Shown here piece by piece: positions 27,835 to 37,661 of a stretch of 64,000 bases of DNA. The translations under genes were made by a program, and so were the position numbers. The notes beneath the pieces are model-generated. The model did not search any database. It had not been told where the DNA came from and worked only from the letters and a program-made list of their open reading frames with translations. The stretch is from an uncultured Verrucomicrobiota bacterium. GTDB taxonomy: Bacteria > Verrucomicrobiota > Verrucomicrobiia > Limisphaerales > UBA9464. How positions within the stretch are numbered: the stretch's first letter is position 1; each line of letters starts with the position of its first letter. The stretch spans positions 9,657 to 73,656 of the forward strand of contig CAITXU010000246.1 of assembly GCA_903896505.1 (NCBI GenBank), read 5' to 3'.

Positions 27835-28860
27835 ATGCGCGCCCTTCAATTGGTTCAACCCGGGGAATTTCGCTACATTGATGTCGCTGAGCCGGCCCTG
27901 CCCGGTCCGGGTCAGGCCCTCATCCGGGTCCATCGGGTCGGGATTTGCGGGACCGACTACGGTGGCTACCTCGGTAAGATGCCGTTTTACAGCTATCCGC
28001 GGATTCCGGGGCACGAGTTGGGAGTCGAGGTGGTGGCGGTGGGAGAGGGCGTTACCCAGGTTCAGCGCGGCGACCGTTGCTCGGTCGAGCCGTACATCAA
28101 TTGTCAGACGTGTTCCTCCTGCCGACGCGGCTTTACCAATTGCTGCGAGAATCATCAGACCCTGGGCGTTCATTGCGACGGCGGGCTTCAACGGCATTTT
28201 CTTGTTCCGGCCCGAAAGCTTCATCCAGCGCCCGATTTGAGCTTCGATCAGGCGGCGTTGGTGGAAACACTGGCGATCGGGTGCCACGCCGTGCATCGCA
28301 GCGCCCTGAAGGCCGGTGAAACAGCGCTGGTGATAGGGGCCGGTCCCATCGGCCTGTCGGTGATTGAGTTTACGCGCCTGACCGGCGCTCGGACCCTGGT
28401 GATGGATACCAATCCCCAGCGACTAGCCTTTGTCCGGGAAAACCTCGGAGTCGAGGAGACGATCCTAAGCACGGGCGATGGGTCCGAGGGCAAACAATTG
28501 GAAACCCTGACCGACGGTGAACGCGCTCATGTGGTGGTCGATGCCACCGGCTCCAACCAGTCGATGAGCCATGCCCTCAACTACTGCGCTTTTGCCGGTC
28601 GCCTCGTCTATGTTGGGATCACCCAGAAGGAATTGTCGTTCCCCCATGCCCTAATGCACCGCCGCGAAATCTCGATATTGGCGAGCCGCAACGCCTTGTC
28701 AGCGGATTTCCCGCGGATCATCTCGTTGATCGGTTCAGGTCAAATCGACACCCGTCCGTGGCTCACACACCAGGCGGATTTCGAGGAGTTGGCCGCCGTG
28801 TTTCCGACCTGGATGAACCCGGCCACGGGTGTCATCAAGGCGGTCGCCCACCTGCCATAG
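27835..28860 (+). CDS. zinc-binding (MDR) sugar-acid dehydrogenase
   Basis: GICGTD, GHE, C-x2-C-x2-C-x7-C and GAGPIG. Confidence 0.92.
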   Translation: MRALQLVQPGEFRYIDVAEPALPGPGQALIRVHRVGICGTDYGGYLGKMPFYSYPRIPGHELGVEVVAVGEGVTQVQRGDRCSVEPYINCQTCSSCRRGFTNCCENHQTLGVHCDGGLQRHFLVPARKLHPAPDLSFDQAALVETLAIGCHAVHRSALKAGETALVIGAGPIGLSVIEFTRLTGARTLVMDTNPQRLAFVRENLGVEETILSTGDGSEGKQLETLTDGERAHVVVDATGSNQSMSHALNYCAFAGRLVYVGITQKELSFPHALMHRREISILASRNALSADFPRIISLIGSGQIDTRPWLTHQADFEELAAVFPTWMNPATGVIKAVAHLP

Positions 28861-28882
28861 ACGTTTTCAACCCACTCAATCC

Positions 28883-29710
28883 GTGAAACTCGATGCTCAT
28901 CAACATTTCTGGCGTTACTCCGCGGAAGAATACCCGTGGATTCCGGTGGGCAGCGCCCTGCAGCGGGACTGGTTGCCTGCCGACCTCGAGGCTCTGCAGC
29001 GGCCATTGGGTTTCGACGGGTCCATCGCTGTCCAGGCCCGCCAATCCGTTCAAGAATCCGGCTGGCTGCTCCAGCTCGCCGACGCCGATCCTCGCATTCA
29101 CGGTGTTGTGGGTTGGGTCGACCTTCGGGATGAAGCGGTCGATGACGTTTTGGCCGAGTTGGCCAGTCACCGGCGGTTCGTTGGGGTACGGCATGTGGTT
29201 CAGGATGAACCCGATGACCGGTTTCTGGTTCGACCGGAGTTTGTTCGTGGCCTACGGAAACTGGCGGCCCATCGGCTGACCTACGACCTGCTGATTTATC
29301 CGCATCAATTGCCAGCGGCGATTGAATTGGTCCGCCTGCTGCCGGAGCAGCCGTTCGTCCTCGACCATCTTGCCAAACCCCGAATCAAGGCCGGTGAGCT
29401 TTCTCCTTGGCGCGAACAAATCCGGGAGCTGGCTCAATCGCCCCATGTCTGGTGCAAGGTCTCGGGCGTGGTGACCGAGGCGGACTGGCAGGCGTGGAAA
29501 CCATCCGACTTCGCGCCCTATTTTGAAGTGGCTCTCGAGGCATTCGGACCCGGTCGACTGATGTTTGGCTCCGACTGGCCGGTCTGCCAATTGGCGGCTG
29601 ATTATTCGGCGGTGCATGAACTGGCCTCATCGGCATGGAATGGCCTTTCCGCTGACGAATTGGCGGCCGTTTGGGGCGGCAATTGCGCAAGGTTTTACGG
29701 GTTGGCTTAG
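28883..29710 (+). CDS. amidohydrolase (L-fuconolactonase-like)
   Basis: DAHQHFW, VGVRH, LDHLAKP, CKVSG and MFGSDWPV. Confidence 0.88.
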   Translation: MKLDAHQHFWRYSAEEYPWIPVGSALQRDWLPADLEALQRPLGFDGSIAVQARQSVQESGWLLQLADADPRIHGVVGWVDLRDEAVDDVLAELASHRRFVGVRHVVQDEPDDRFLVRPEFVRGLRKLAAHRLTYDLLIYPHQLPAAIELVRLLPEQPFVLDHLAKPRIKAGELSPWREQIRELAQSPHVWCKVSGVVTEADWQAWKPSDFAPYFEVALEAFGPGRLMFGSDWPVCQLAADYSAVHELASSAWNGLSADELAAVWGGNCARFYGLA

Positions 29711-29760
29711 TTTTTAGTCGATGGGAAACCGTGAGCGATGAGTCCTTGGGAACGGAATAT

Positions 29761-29798
29761 GCAGATTATCCGCAGATTCACACAGATTTACGCAGATT
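29761..29798 (+). repeat. short tandem (G/A)CAGATT repeats
   Basis: gcagattatcc-gcagattcac-acagatttac-gcagatt. Confidence 0.7.
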
Positions 29799-29860
29799 TG
29801 GCGTACGTTGTGAAACGAGGAGACCGGTAAGTTGAGCGGAATCGTGCAGCGAGCGTGGTT

Positions 29861-29915
29861 CGGACCGCCGCGGCTCAGCAGGAGCTTCGCCCTACCGATG
29901 TCGTTCTGATTCAAT
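29861..29915 (-). repeat. GTAG-type REP, same family as 15604-15990
   Basis: CGGACCGCCGCGGCTCAGCAGGAGCTTCGCCCTACCGATGT. Confidence 0.8.
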
Positions 29916-30276
29916 TGGTTATATATCAGGTCTGCTAGTCAAGAACGTCCGAGCTCAAGCTCAACAAAATTCCTCCTCCGGTGTGCGGTGGCAGGTTTGT
30001 GGCGACCGAAACGAAACGAAACGGTCACGGTCCTGCATCCGCTCCGAAAAGCCTTGCAGCGAAATGGGCACCGCCTAATCTAACGGTCCGCCTGGTGTCG
30101 CGTGTGCGATTCCGTATGAGGCTGAGAAAAAGTGTTCAACCAACAACCTAACTTCAAACCACTGTCGCTTTTGGGCGGCACATTGGAGTAGGGCACGGAG
30201 CCTTCGCTCAAGGCCGCCTTACCTGCGGACCTTCTTCGATTCCCCCCGTCGCATTCACCCGTTAGTTTTGTTTTGT

Positions 30277-31953
30277 ATGGCAGTGACTACGCAGTCTTTC
30301 GCCGAGATGCTGAGGCAGTACGAGCGCCCGCTTCAGACCGGCCAAATCGTCAAAGGAACCATCATCGAAGTCCGACCCAAGGAAGTCCTTGTGGATATCG
30401 GCGGCAAATCCGAGGGAGTTGTTTCCGCTTCCGAATTTGAGGATTTTGCCAACGTCAAACTCGGCGACCATGTCGATGTGCTGATCGAGCACGCCGAGGA
30501 CAAGGAAGGAAACGTCCATCTTTCCAAGGAAAAAGCTGAATTTCAGCAGAACTGGGACCGTATCCAGACCATCTGCAACGAAGGCGGTACCGTGGTGGGT
30601 AAAGTCAAGGGAGTCGTCAAAGGCGGCTTGCTCATCAATATCGGCGTCGAGGCGTTCTGCCCTTCCAGTCAGGTCGATGTCACCCCGCCGAAGAACCTGC
30701 TGACGTACGTCGGCAATTCTTACGAGTTCAAGGTCGTCAAGCTGAACCCCGACCGTCAAAACGTCGTTCTCAGCCGCCGTGAATTGGTCGAAGCCGAGCG
30801 CACCGCCCGCCGTTCATCGCTCCTCTCGGAAATGGTCCCGGGCGACATCCGCAAGGGCACGGTCAAGAACATCACCGACTTCGGTGCCTTCATCGACCTC
30901 AACGGGCTCGATGGTCTTCTCCATATCACCGATATGTCGTGGGGCCGCCTCAACCACCCGAGCGAACTGCTCAAGGTGGGTCAGGAACTCGACGTCGTCG
31001 TCCTGGATATCAATCGCGAAAAGGAACGGGTTTCCCTGGGCCTCAAGCAGAAGGAATCCAATCCATGGGACAACATCGAGGCCAAGTATCCCCTCGGCAA
31101 CAAGGTTAAGGGCAAGGTCGTCAACCTGGTGCCGTACGGCGCGTTTGTCGAAATCGAGCCGGGTGTCGAGGGCCTCGTCCACGTCACCGAGCTCTCCTGG
31201 ACCAAGCGCATCGCCAAGCCGAGCGACGTCCTCAAGGTGGGTCAGGACCTCGAAGCAGTCGTGTTGGGCATCAACCGTGAGGAACAGAAAATCTCCCTCG
31301 GTATCCGCCAGCTCGAGACCAATCCGTGGGACGTGGCTCACCAGAAGTACCCGCCGGGCACTTCCGTCAAGGGACCGATCCGCAACCTCACCAGCTACGG
31401 TGCCTTCATCGAACTGGAAGAAGGTCTGGATGGCATGATCCACGTGTCCGACATGAGTTGGACCCGCAAGATCAATCATCCGTCTGAAGTGGTGAAGAAA
31501 GGCGACGTCGTCGAAGGGGTCATCCTCGAAGTCGATAAGGCCAATCAGCGCATCTCGGTCGGCATGAAGCAGCTCTCGACCGATCCTTGGGAACAGATCG
31601 AGCGCTTCTTCCGGGTCGGCGATCTGGTCACCGGCAAGGTCACCAAGCTCGCCAGCTTCGGTGCGTTCGTCGGTTTGCCTCACGACATTGACGGTCTGGT
31701 CCACATCTCGCAGGTCAGCGAGGAGCGGATCGACAAGATCAAGAACGTGCTCAAGGTCGGGGACGACGTGAACGCGCGGGTCATCAAGATCGACCGTGGC
31801 GAACGCCGTATCGGTCTGTCGATCAAGGCGGCCAACTACAGCCCTGAGCAGCTCAAGGCCGAGCAGGCCGTGTTGGATTCGCTCAAGCCAGGTGAAGACC
31901 TGGTGGCCCTCGAGCACGCCTTTGCGCAGGCCGAGGAAAAAGCCAGCAAGTAA
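30277..31953 (+). CDS. rpsA: 30S ribosomal protein S1
   Basis: Six S1 domains (GAFIDL.G.DGLLHITDMSW etc.) and highly biased codon usage. Confidence 0.97.
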   Translation: MAVTTQSFAEMLRQYERPLQTGQIVKGTIIEVRPKEVLVDIGGKSEGVVSASEFEDFANVKLGDHVDVLIEHAEDKEGNVHLSKEKAEFQQNWDRIQTICNEGGTVVGKVKGVVKGGLLINIGVEAFCPSSQVDVTPPKNLLTYVGNSYEFKVVKLNPDRQNVVLSRRELVEAERTARRSSLLSEMVPGDIRKGTVKNITDFGAFIDLNGLDGLLHITDMSWGRLNHPSELLKVGQELDVVVLDINREKERVSLGLKQKESNPWDNIEAKYPLGNKVKGKVVNLVPYGAFVEIEPGVEGLVHVTELSWTKRIAKPSDVLKVGQDLEAVVLGINREEQKISLGIRQLETNPWDVAHQKYPPGTSVKGPIRNLTSYGAFIELEEGLDGMIHVSDMSWTRKINHPSEVVKKGDVVEGVILEVDKANQRISVGMKQLSTDPWEQIERFFRVGDLVTGKVTKLASFGAFVGLPHDIDGLVHISQVSEERIDKIKNVLKVGDDVNARVIKIDRGERRIGLSIKAANYSPEQLKAEQAVLDSLKPGEDLVALEHAFAQAEEKASK

Positions 31954-31971
31954 TCTTCGGATTTTGCACCC

Positions 31972-32003
31972 AGGCGCGCCCTTCACCGGGGCGCGCCTTT
32001 TTT
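31972..32003 (+). terminator. Rho-independent terminator of rpsA
   Basis: AGGCGCGCCC-loop-GGGCGCGCCT followed by a T run. Confidence 0.9.
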
Positions 32004-32143
32004 GTTGGAGGTTTGGTCACAGTTCCGTGGCATTGTCCCGGAATCCATTTTGACGCTTTCCTTTGCCCGCGCGCCCCGTAACCCTTTCCCGTTGTGGATC
32101 GGATACCTTTCCGGCCACGACATAGACCCAACCCATTCGCGCC

Positions 32144-34219
32144 ATGGCTGCTGATACGACACCCGTTGCCAAAGTTGAACTCCCACCTCTCCGTCCGCTT
32201 TCGGTTCGCTCGAAGCTGGCCCCTACTCCGCCGGGTCCACCGAAGTATTCGGTGGCATTGAAGGGGGCATCCGGACATCCGGTGATAGCCGCCGACCCCC
32301 GGGCCGTTCGCGCCTTGGTGGCTCTGATGGATGTCCATGCCGTGGTGGGTGGAGCTGCCTGTCACTGGGGTGGACCGGCCGCATTCGCCGAGGTCAGTTC
32401 CGCGGTCCACGCGGTGATGTTCAGCGAGACCGCACGGCCCTGGTACGAGGCCTACAATTTCGTCAATGACGCCGGCCATTGTGAAAACGGTATTTATGCC
32501 ACCCGGGCCCTGTACGGATTCGACGGCACCAACTTCGAGTCTCTCAAGGGATTCCGGAGCATTCATTCCAAGCTGACCGGTCACGGAGAATCGCATCTCA
32601 ATCCCGAGGGCGTCCTCATTTCCAATGGTCCGCTGAGTTCATCGCTGCCGGTGGCTCAGGGGTTGGCCATAGCCGACAAAATTGCCGCCCGGGACCGGGT
32701 GACCATCTGCCTGTTGAGCGACGGAGCCGCGATGGAAGGCGAAGCCCGCGAGTCGTTCGCGGCGATACCGGGTCTTGCGGACAAAGGTCGGGTGAATCCG
32801 TTCCTGCTGGTGCTGTCCGACAACGACACCAAGCTTTCCGGCCGCATCACCAAGGATTCTTTCTCCATGCAACCCACCTTCGAGGCACTGGATGACCTTG
32901 GTTGGAATGTCATCCGGGTGCCGCATGGCAACCATCTTCCGGACGTCTTCGAGGCAGTCGAGGCAGGTCTGACCGCCGCCCGGGCCAACCCCAACAAGCC
33001 CGTCTGCCTCTGGCTCAAGACGGTCAAGGGTTTCGGCATCAAGGCGACCGAGGAAAATTCCGCTGGCGGCCACGGTTTTCCGCTGGCCAATGGCGAAAAA
33101 ATCCTCGATTGGCTGACCGAATTGTACACCGGCGATCAACCGCCGGCCGAGCTTGTCGCCTGGGGACAATCCCTTCGTGCCGAATGGGAGAAGAAGGAAG
33201 CCGATAAAAAGGCCAAGGCGGCCGCTGCTCCGGCGACCACTTTGTCCGCGCCAGCAGTTAAAAAGGACAAGGTCCAGGCTGGCCTGGCCAAGGGAGCGGT
33301 GCGTGCCGCACAGGAAGGGTTGCCCGTCTATTCTGTTTCTTCCGACGTACAGGGCTCAACGGGTATCAGCCCGTTCCAAAAGGCCACCAATCGCTTTATC
33401 GAGGTGGGCATCGCCGAGGCCAACATGGTCAGCGTCGGCGCCGGCCTGAGCAAGGCGGGCTTCATTCCCATCGTCGACACCTTTGGCCAATTCGGCATCA
33501 CCAAGGGAAATCTTCCACTGACCATGGCGGCCCTCTCTCAGGCGCCTGTCATTGCCATTTTCTCCCACGTCGGGTTTCAGGATGCTGCCGACGGTGCTTC
33601 CCACCAGGCCACCACCTACTTCGCGGCGATTAGTTCCATTCCGCACACCATTGTGGTCTCCCCGAGTTGCTCGGACGAGGCGGAAGCCTTCATCCACGCG
33701 GCCATCCATCACATCGCGGACGAACGCACCGCGGGTCGCGACGGTGAGAGCTGCATCTTCTTTGTCGGTCGGGAAAACTACCCGTTGAGTTGGGTGGAAG
33801 GCAGCAAGTACGAGTGGCTGAAGGCTCAGGTGATTCAACAAGGCGAGGACGTGGTCCTGGTCGGTAGCGGCCCGCTCTTCAGCAAGTGTCTGGAGGCCGC
33901 CAAGATTTTGGCGGACCACGGCAAGTCAGCCACCGTGATCAATGCCCCGTTTGTGAATCGCCCCGATCTGGAAACCATCGGTCCCGCGTTGCGTCGTTCG
34001 GGTGGACGCCTCGTGACCATCGAGGACCACCAAATCGTTGGCGGGATGGGGGCGCAATTGAGTCACGCCCTTTCTCAGGCGGGTGAACCGCATCGGGTCT
34101 TGAGCCTCGGTATTCCCGGCGAATTCGGACAATCCGCCTATCTGGCCGAAGAGCTGTACCAGAAGTATGGCCTGACCGGCCCGAAGATGGCTGAAGCTGC
34201 CCTCCGATTGATCGGATAA
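32144..34219 (+). CDS. transketolase-family TPP enzyme (single chain)
   Basis: LTGHGE, NGPLSS, SDGAAMEG...NDT (TPP motif), EVGIAEANM, DGASHQ and IEDH. Confidence 0.85.
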   Translation: MAADTTPVAKVELPPLRPLSVRSKLAPTPPGPPKYSVALKGASGHPVIAADPRAVRALVALMDVHAVVGGAACHWGGPAAFAEVSSAVHAVMFSETARPWYEAYNFVNDAGHCENGIYATRALYGFDGTNFESLKGFRSIHSKLTGHGESHLNPEGVLISNGPLSSSLPVAQGLAIADKIAARDRVTICLLSDGAAMEGEARESFAAIPGLADKGRVNPFLLVLSDNDTKLSGRITKDSFSMQPTFEALDDLGWNVIRVPHGNHLPDVFEAVEAGLTAARANPNKPVCLWLKTVKGFGIKATEENSAGGHGFPLANGEKILDWLTELYTGDQPPAELVAWGQSLRAEWEKKEADKKAKAAAAPATTLSAPAVKKDKVQAGLAKGAVRAAQEGLPVYSVSSDVQGSTGISPFQKATNRFIEVGIAEANMVSVGAGLSKAGFIPIVDTFGQFGITKGNLPLTMAALSQAPVIAIFSHVGFQDAADGASHQATTYFAAISSIPHTIVVSPSCSDEAEAFIHAAIHHIADERTAGRDGESCIFFVGRENYPLSWVEGSKYEWLKAQVIQQGEDVVLVGSGPLFSKCLEAAKILADHGKSATVINAPFVNRPDLETIGPALRRSGGRLVTIEDHQIVGGMGAQLSHALSQAGEPHRVLSLGIPGEFGQSAYLAEELYQKYGLTGPKMAEAALRLIG

Positions 34220-34249
34220 GGGACGGACCAATTTATTATCGTTGAACCA

Positions 34250-34275
34250 CAGTAGGCCGCAGGCACGGCCTACTG
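34250..34275. terminator. hairpin between convergent genes (bidirectional terminator or REP)
   Basis: CAGTAGGCCG-caggca-CGGCCTACTG perfect 10-bp stem. Confidence 0.55.
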
Positions 34276-34318
34276 CCGGTCACGTTTTGAAGGCCGGGTC
34301 TCCCAGTTACGACGGCTT

Positions 34319-34789
34319 TTAAGGGGCCTCGTTGCCGATGTCTGCGCTCAGGCGCCAACCACCGTCGCCGGACCGATGCCAAATAGTCAGGTACCGTCCG
34401 TGAGTGGGTGCCGACATGTCCCCGGGCGCTGGTCTAAATTCAAAGTCGCCCCAAGTCCACCCCAGGTCCCCACTGAGAGCCACATGCGCCTCACGCGGAA
34501 TCCATGCCAGCACCGAGCCGGGTGGCATTTGTTGAAGAGCAATGCGGATTTGTTCGCCGCCCTGGACGAGGGGTCCACTGGCGGTGATGCGGATGGTGGA
34601 GGCATCACTGTACCGGGCAAAGGCCGTAGAAGCACCGGCTTGCTGGGCGAGTTGTGAGAAATCGCGGTCGGTTTGCAGCAGTTGAATCTCGGGGTCGCCC
34701 ATTGTCACGATGGGTCTGCGCTTGGGTTGACTGGTAGCGCAGCCCACGCAGACGACCAGGAGGACAGGAAGCAGCCTTCGCAATTTCAT
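34319..34789 (-). CDS. DUF4440/SnoaL-like (NTF2-fold) lipoprotein
   Basis: Lipobox CVGC; SGDLGWTWG...GRYLTIW....DGGWR...DIG. Confidence 0.8.
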   Translation of the reverse strand: MKLRRLLPVLLVVCVGCATSQPKRRPIVTMGDPEIQLLQTDRDFSQLAQQAGASTAFARYSDASTIRITASGPLVQGGEQIRIALQQMPPGSVLAWIPREAHVALSGDLGWTWGDFEFRPAPGDMSAPTHGRYLTIWHRSGDGGWRLSADIGNEAP

Positions 34790-34935
34790 GGGTTCAAAAT
34801 AGCCGGAGAGCTGACGCTGGCCAGTTTCGAGATCGGCAGGTAGGTCGCTGACTTTGAGCCCGAGACTTCGAGCGGTCGTTCTCGCCCATGGGGCTTCGTA
34901 GAGACCCGTCGGCAGTCTCTTGGACCCACCACCCC

Positions 34936-35415
34936 TCAATTTCCAGTGGGGGGCTGGCTCAATTGCTTGAGCAGGCGCTTGGAAGGCTCGTGGCCCTCAA
35001 CGGACGCTTCCTGCAAGAGTCGCATGGCCCGGGCTTGGTCCTGCGTCACTCCCTGGCCCTGAAGGTGGCGTTCCGCCAAATCATACCGGGCGTCCAGACT
35101 CCCCTGCTCCACACGTTCCTGTAGAAACTTGACCACTCGGGCGTCAACGACCTTTGGGTCTTCCTTGGGCCGTGAATTCTCTGCAGCGACTATTGCTCGA
35201 ATCTGGGCATCACGCCGGGCCTGGGCTTCAGCCTGAAGCCGTCGCGAAGTTTCGAGGTAGGCAGCGAAGGCCTTGGGGTCCACCTGCACGGGCGGAGGAG
35301 GATGCACCACCACAACGGGTGCCGGGACCACATGCCGATGAACCACATGATGCCATCCTGCCCGGGCCGGAAGCACTCCCAGGAAGCCGCAAAGCACCCA
35401 CATGCCTCGTTTCAT
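34936..35415 (-). CDS. secreted Sel1-repeat protein
   Basis: Signal peptide; EQGSLDARYDLAERHLQGQGVTQDQARAMRLLQEAS.EGH. Confidence 0.75.
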   Translation of the reverse strand: MKRGMWVLCGFLGVLPARAGWHHVVHRHVVPAPVVVVHPPPPVQVDPKAFAAYLETSRRLQAEAQARRDAQIRAIVAAENSRPKEDPKVVDARVVKFLQERVEQGSLDARYDLAERHLQGQGVTQDQARAMRLLQEASVEGHEPSKRLLKQLSQPPTGN

Positions 35416-35428
35416 GCCAGTAACTTAG

Positions 35429-35444
35429 TGCAAACCGTATGCCA
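35429..35444 (-). promoter_or_regulatory. sigma54 (-24/-12) promoter
   Basis: The minus strand reads TGGCATACGGTTTGCA, matching TGGCA-N6-TTGCA, 13 bp upstream of ATG 35415. Confidence 0.7.
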
Positions 35445-35467
35445 GGCCAGGAATCTGAAATGTTCAT

Positions 35468-35724
35468 ACAGATGACCTGTCCCTTTGTTGTAGTTCCCGT
35501 TGATTTTCAGGCGTGTAGGGCCGACGAGCGGACTGAAAGGTAACGGAACGTCCTAGAGCACTGCCGACAGGAAAGTCTGCGCTAGGTTGCCGGGGGGCTT
35601 GCAGGTGGAAAGTTGGTGACCATCCCCACTGGTCAGTTGGTTTCATCAGGAAACGGACGGGTCAGACTAAGGGACAGGTCATTTGTTTTTCCTTTGTCTT
35701 ACTAATGACCTGTCCCTTAGTTTG
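35468..35724. repeat. cluster of three TGACCTGTCCCTT REP-like motifs, including an inverted pair enclosing ~175 bp
   Basis: 35468-35490 (+), 35666-35686 (-) and 35701-35724 (+). Confidence 0.85.
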
Positions 35725-35828
35725 AAGTGCGACTCACGGAGTCGGCCCGGGTTATCGCCTCTGAGCTTCTTAGGGCTGGCGATCAGACCGCTCGTTGAGC
35801 GACCAGTCGTAGTCCGTGTACCGCACCT

Positions 35829-36005
35829 TCAGGCCCGGCAGGTCCAAGGCTGCGGCATCTGCCGATGGCCAATAGGGTCGAATGGCGGAAAACGGGCTAG
35901 CAGGCGGGTCCACTGCCCATGCTGGGCATCAAAGTCCGCCGCCCTGACCAAAAAGGATCCAGCCAAGAGGCATGCCATTGCGACCGCCACCCGAAGTGCC
36001 TTCAT
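35829..36005 (-). pseudogene. truncated N-terminus of a secreted DUF547-like protein
   Basis: Signal peptide plus DFDAQHGQWTRLLARF, then the ORF degenerates near the REP cluster. Confidence 0.45.
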
Positions 36006-36079
36006 ACGCAGATGTTCACCATTCCAGAGGTTGGCAGTCGCTCGGCCTACGGCAAGGACCCCCAACGGAGGGGCCGAAA

Positions 36080-36994
36080 CTATTGGGCCACCCGGAACTC
36101 GATGGTCCAGTCCAAACCGGAGGCCACATGGTTTCGGGCGGCAAAATTACCCTGATTGAGGGCGATCGATACGTTCAGAAGGGAATTGAGGAAGACCAGC
36201 GGTTTGCCGGGAGGGACCCGACCGAACGTTTCGGAGTAGGGTGCGGTTCCACTGCAGACGCTCTTTCCCGCGTGAAAAATCCTGTAGGTCAATGCGGTGC
36301 CGGGCTTTAGACCGAGTTGGTCAAACAGGGATTTGGGGATGTCGGACCAGACGTTGCCGTACTGTGGGTCGAGCACGGCAATGGTTCCTGTGAGAGCTCC
36401 GTCCTTAAAAGCGGGGGGCGTATGGTGAAGCCGGATGCAATCGCGTCCAAGGTCGGGCCCGACCTCTTCAAAGTGGATTTGGCCCGCAGCCAATTTGGCA
36501 CCCACAAATGCGAAAATGTCTCGTCCGTGAAAGGTATAGCTTGCCTCGCTTCCCGGACGACGGTGGCGGGTGGTATCGATGACGCGGATGGCTTCGATAC
36601 CCGGCTGTTCGGCCAGGAGAGTGAGAGAGCCATTGTCGGGGGAGACAATGAAATGGCCGTCACGGGTCAGTGCCACCACCCCTTTGCGCTCAGTCCCCAC
36701 ACCGGGATCGACGACATTCACAAAGACGGTGCCCTTTGGCCAATAAGGCACCGATTGCTTTAGACGGTAGGCGGCTTCCCAAATATTGAACGCCGGAATC
36801 TCGTGAGTCAGGTCGAACAGGGGAAGTTCCGGGCTGACCCCGAAGGCGACCCCCTTCATGGCGGAGACGGCACCGTCCTTGACGCCAAAATCGGTTTGAA
36901 AAACCAGCGCTGAGGGAGGGCCCCCCCAAGCGTGAAGAGGACCCGAAGCCGAAGCCAGAAAGAATACGACCCATGCGATAAACGTCCGACGCAT
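36080..36994 (-). CDS. SAM hydrolase / SAM-dependent halogenase family (DUF62)
   Basis: QTDFG.KDGAV..MKGV, DLTHEIP, VVDPGVGT, PDNG, TFHGRDIF and D.QYGN. Confidence 0.92.
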   Translation of the reverse strand: MRRTFIAWVVFFLASASGPLHAWGGPPSALVFQTDFGVKDGAVSAMKGVAFGVSPELPLFDLTHEIPAFNIWEAAYRLKQSVPYWPKGTVFVNVVDPGVGTERKGVVALTRDGHFIVSPDNGSLTLLAEQPGIEAIRVIDTTRHRRPGSEASYTFHGRDIFAFVGAKLAAGQIHFEEVGPDLGRDCIRLHHTPPAFKDGALTGTIAVLDPQYGNVWSDIPKSLFDQLGLKPGTALTYRIFHAGKSVCSGTAPYSETFGRVPPGKPLVFLNSLLNVSIALNQGNFAARNHVASGLDWTIEFRVAQ

Positions 36995-37042
36995 CGGGAA
37001 CAGATAGAAAAGGAATTGCGCCTGGTCCAGTCCGGCTTACTC

Positions 37043-37507
37043 CTATTCGAGCAGGGGACGGAGGTTTTCGTTCCGCAGCGCCATGGATCGAAGGCGGGGT
37101 TCAATTCGAAGTGATTTCCGAATCAACTGTTTTCCCGCCTCCTGATTTCCCAAGAGGATTTCATAGCAGGCCAGGTGATAATTCCAAAGCCCGTGGTCAC
37201 GGGCTGCCGGAGGTGCTGCCAGGAGGGCGGAGCGGCACTCGGCGTAGCGTCCGAGCTCGTAAAGGACGCAGCCCCAACCAATAAAGCGATCGATGGATGC
37301 ATCCGGTGCCTGACAAAGTTCGGCATGAATGGAGGCGGCGTCCTCCCAACGTTCCAACTGTTGGAGAACAACGGCGCGCAATTCCAGGGATGGGGCCTCC
37401 CGCTGTTGGTCTGGGCTGAGGCTGTCCAATTCCTCAAGTGCCTCGCGGGCCATGCCAAGTTCAACGTAGCCGATGGCGGCTTCGAGCGTGCGTTGAAAGG
37501 ACAGCAT
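37043..37507 (-). CDS. TPR-repeat protein
   Basis: AAIGYVELGM..EAL.EL and YHLACYE...GN helical repeats. Confidence 0.75.
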   Translation of the reverse strand: MLSFQRTLEAAIGYVELGMAREALEELDSLSPDQQREAPSLELRAVVLQQLERWEDAASIHAELCQAPDASIDRFIGWGCVLYELGRYAECRSALLAAPPAARDHGLWNYHLACYEILLGNQEAGKQLIRKSLRIEPRLRSMALRNENLRPLLE

Positions 37508-37661
37508 GAGGGAACAGGGTGCCATGCATTCGACCGGGCACCAAATTTTCACTTGGAGGTGTTGAAACTGAGGTTGAACTGGAACGGACCCGTCGGCGTC
37601 CATTCCCGGACCATGCGAAGGCTCACTTGCCGGAAGCGTCGCCAATGGTTACTTAACACCG

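Noticed and set aside
29940-30276. Structured ncRNA or riboswitch in the rpsA leader
   Set aside because: The leader is long, but I could not recognise a family or support a fold by eye; a covariance-model search is needed.
30814-31986. 390-aa minus-strand ORF
   Set aside because: Antisense shadow of rpsA.
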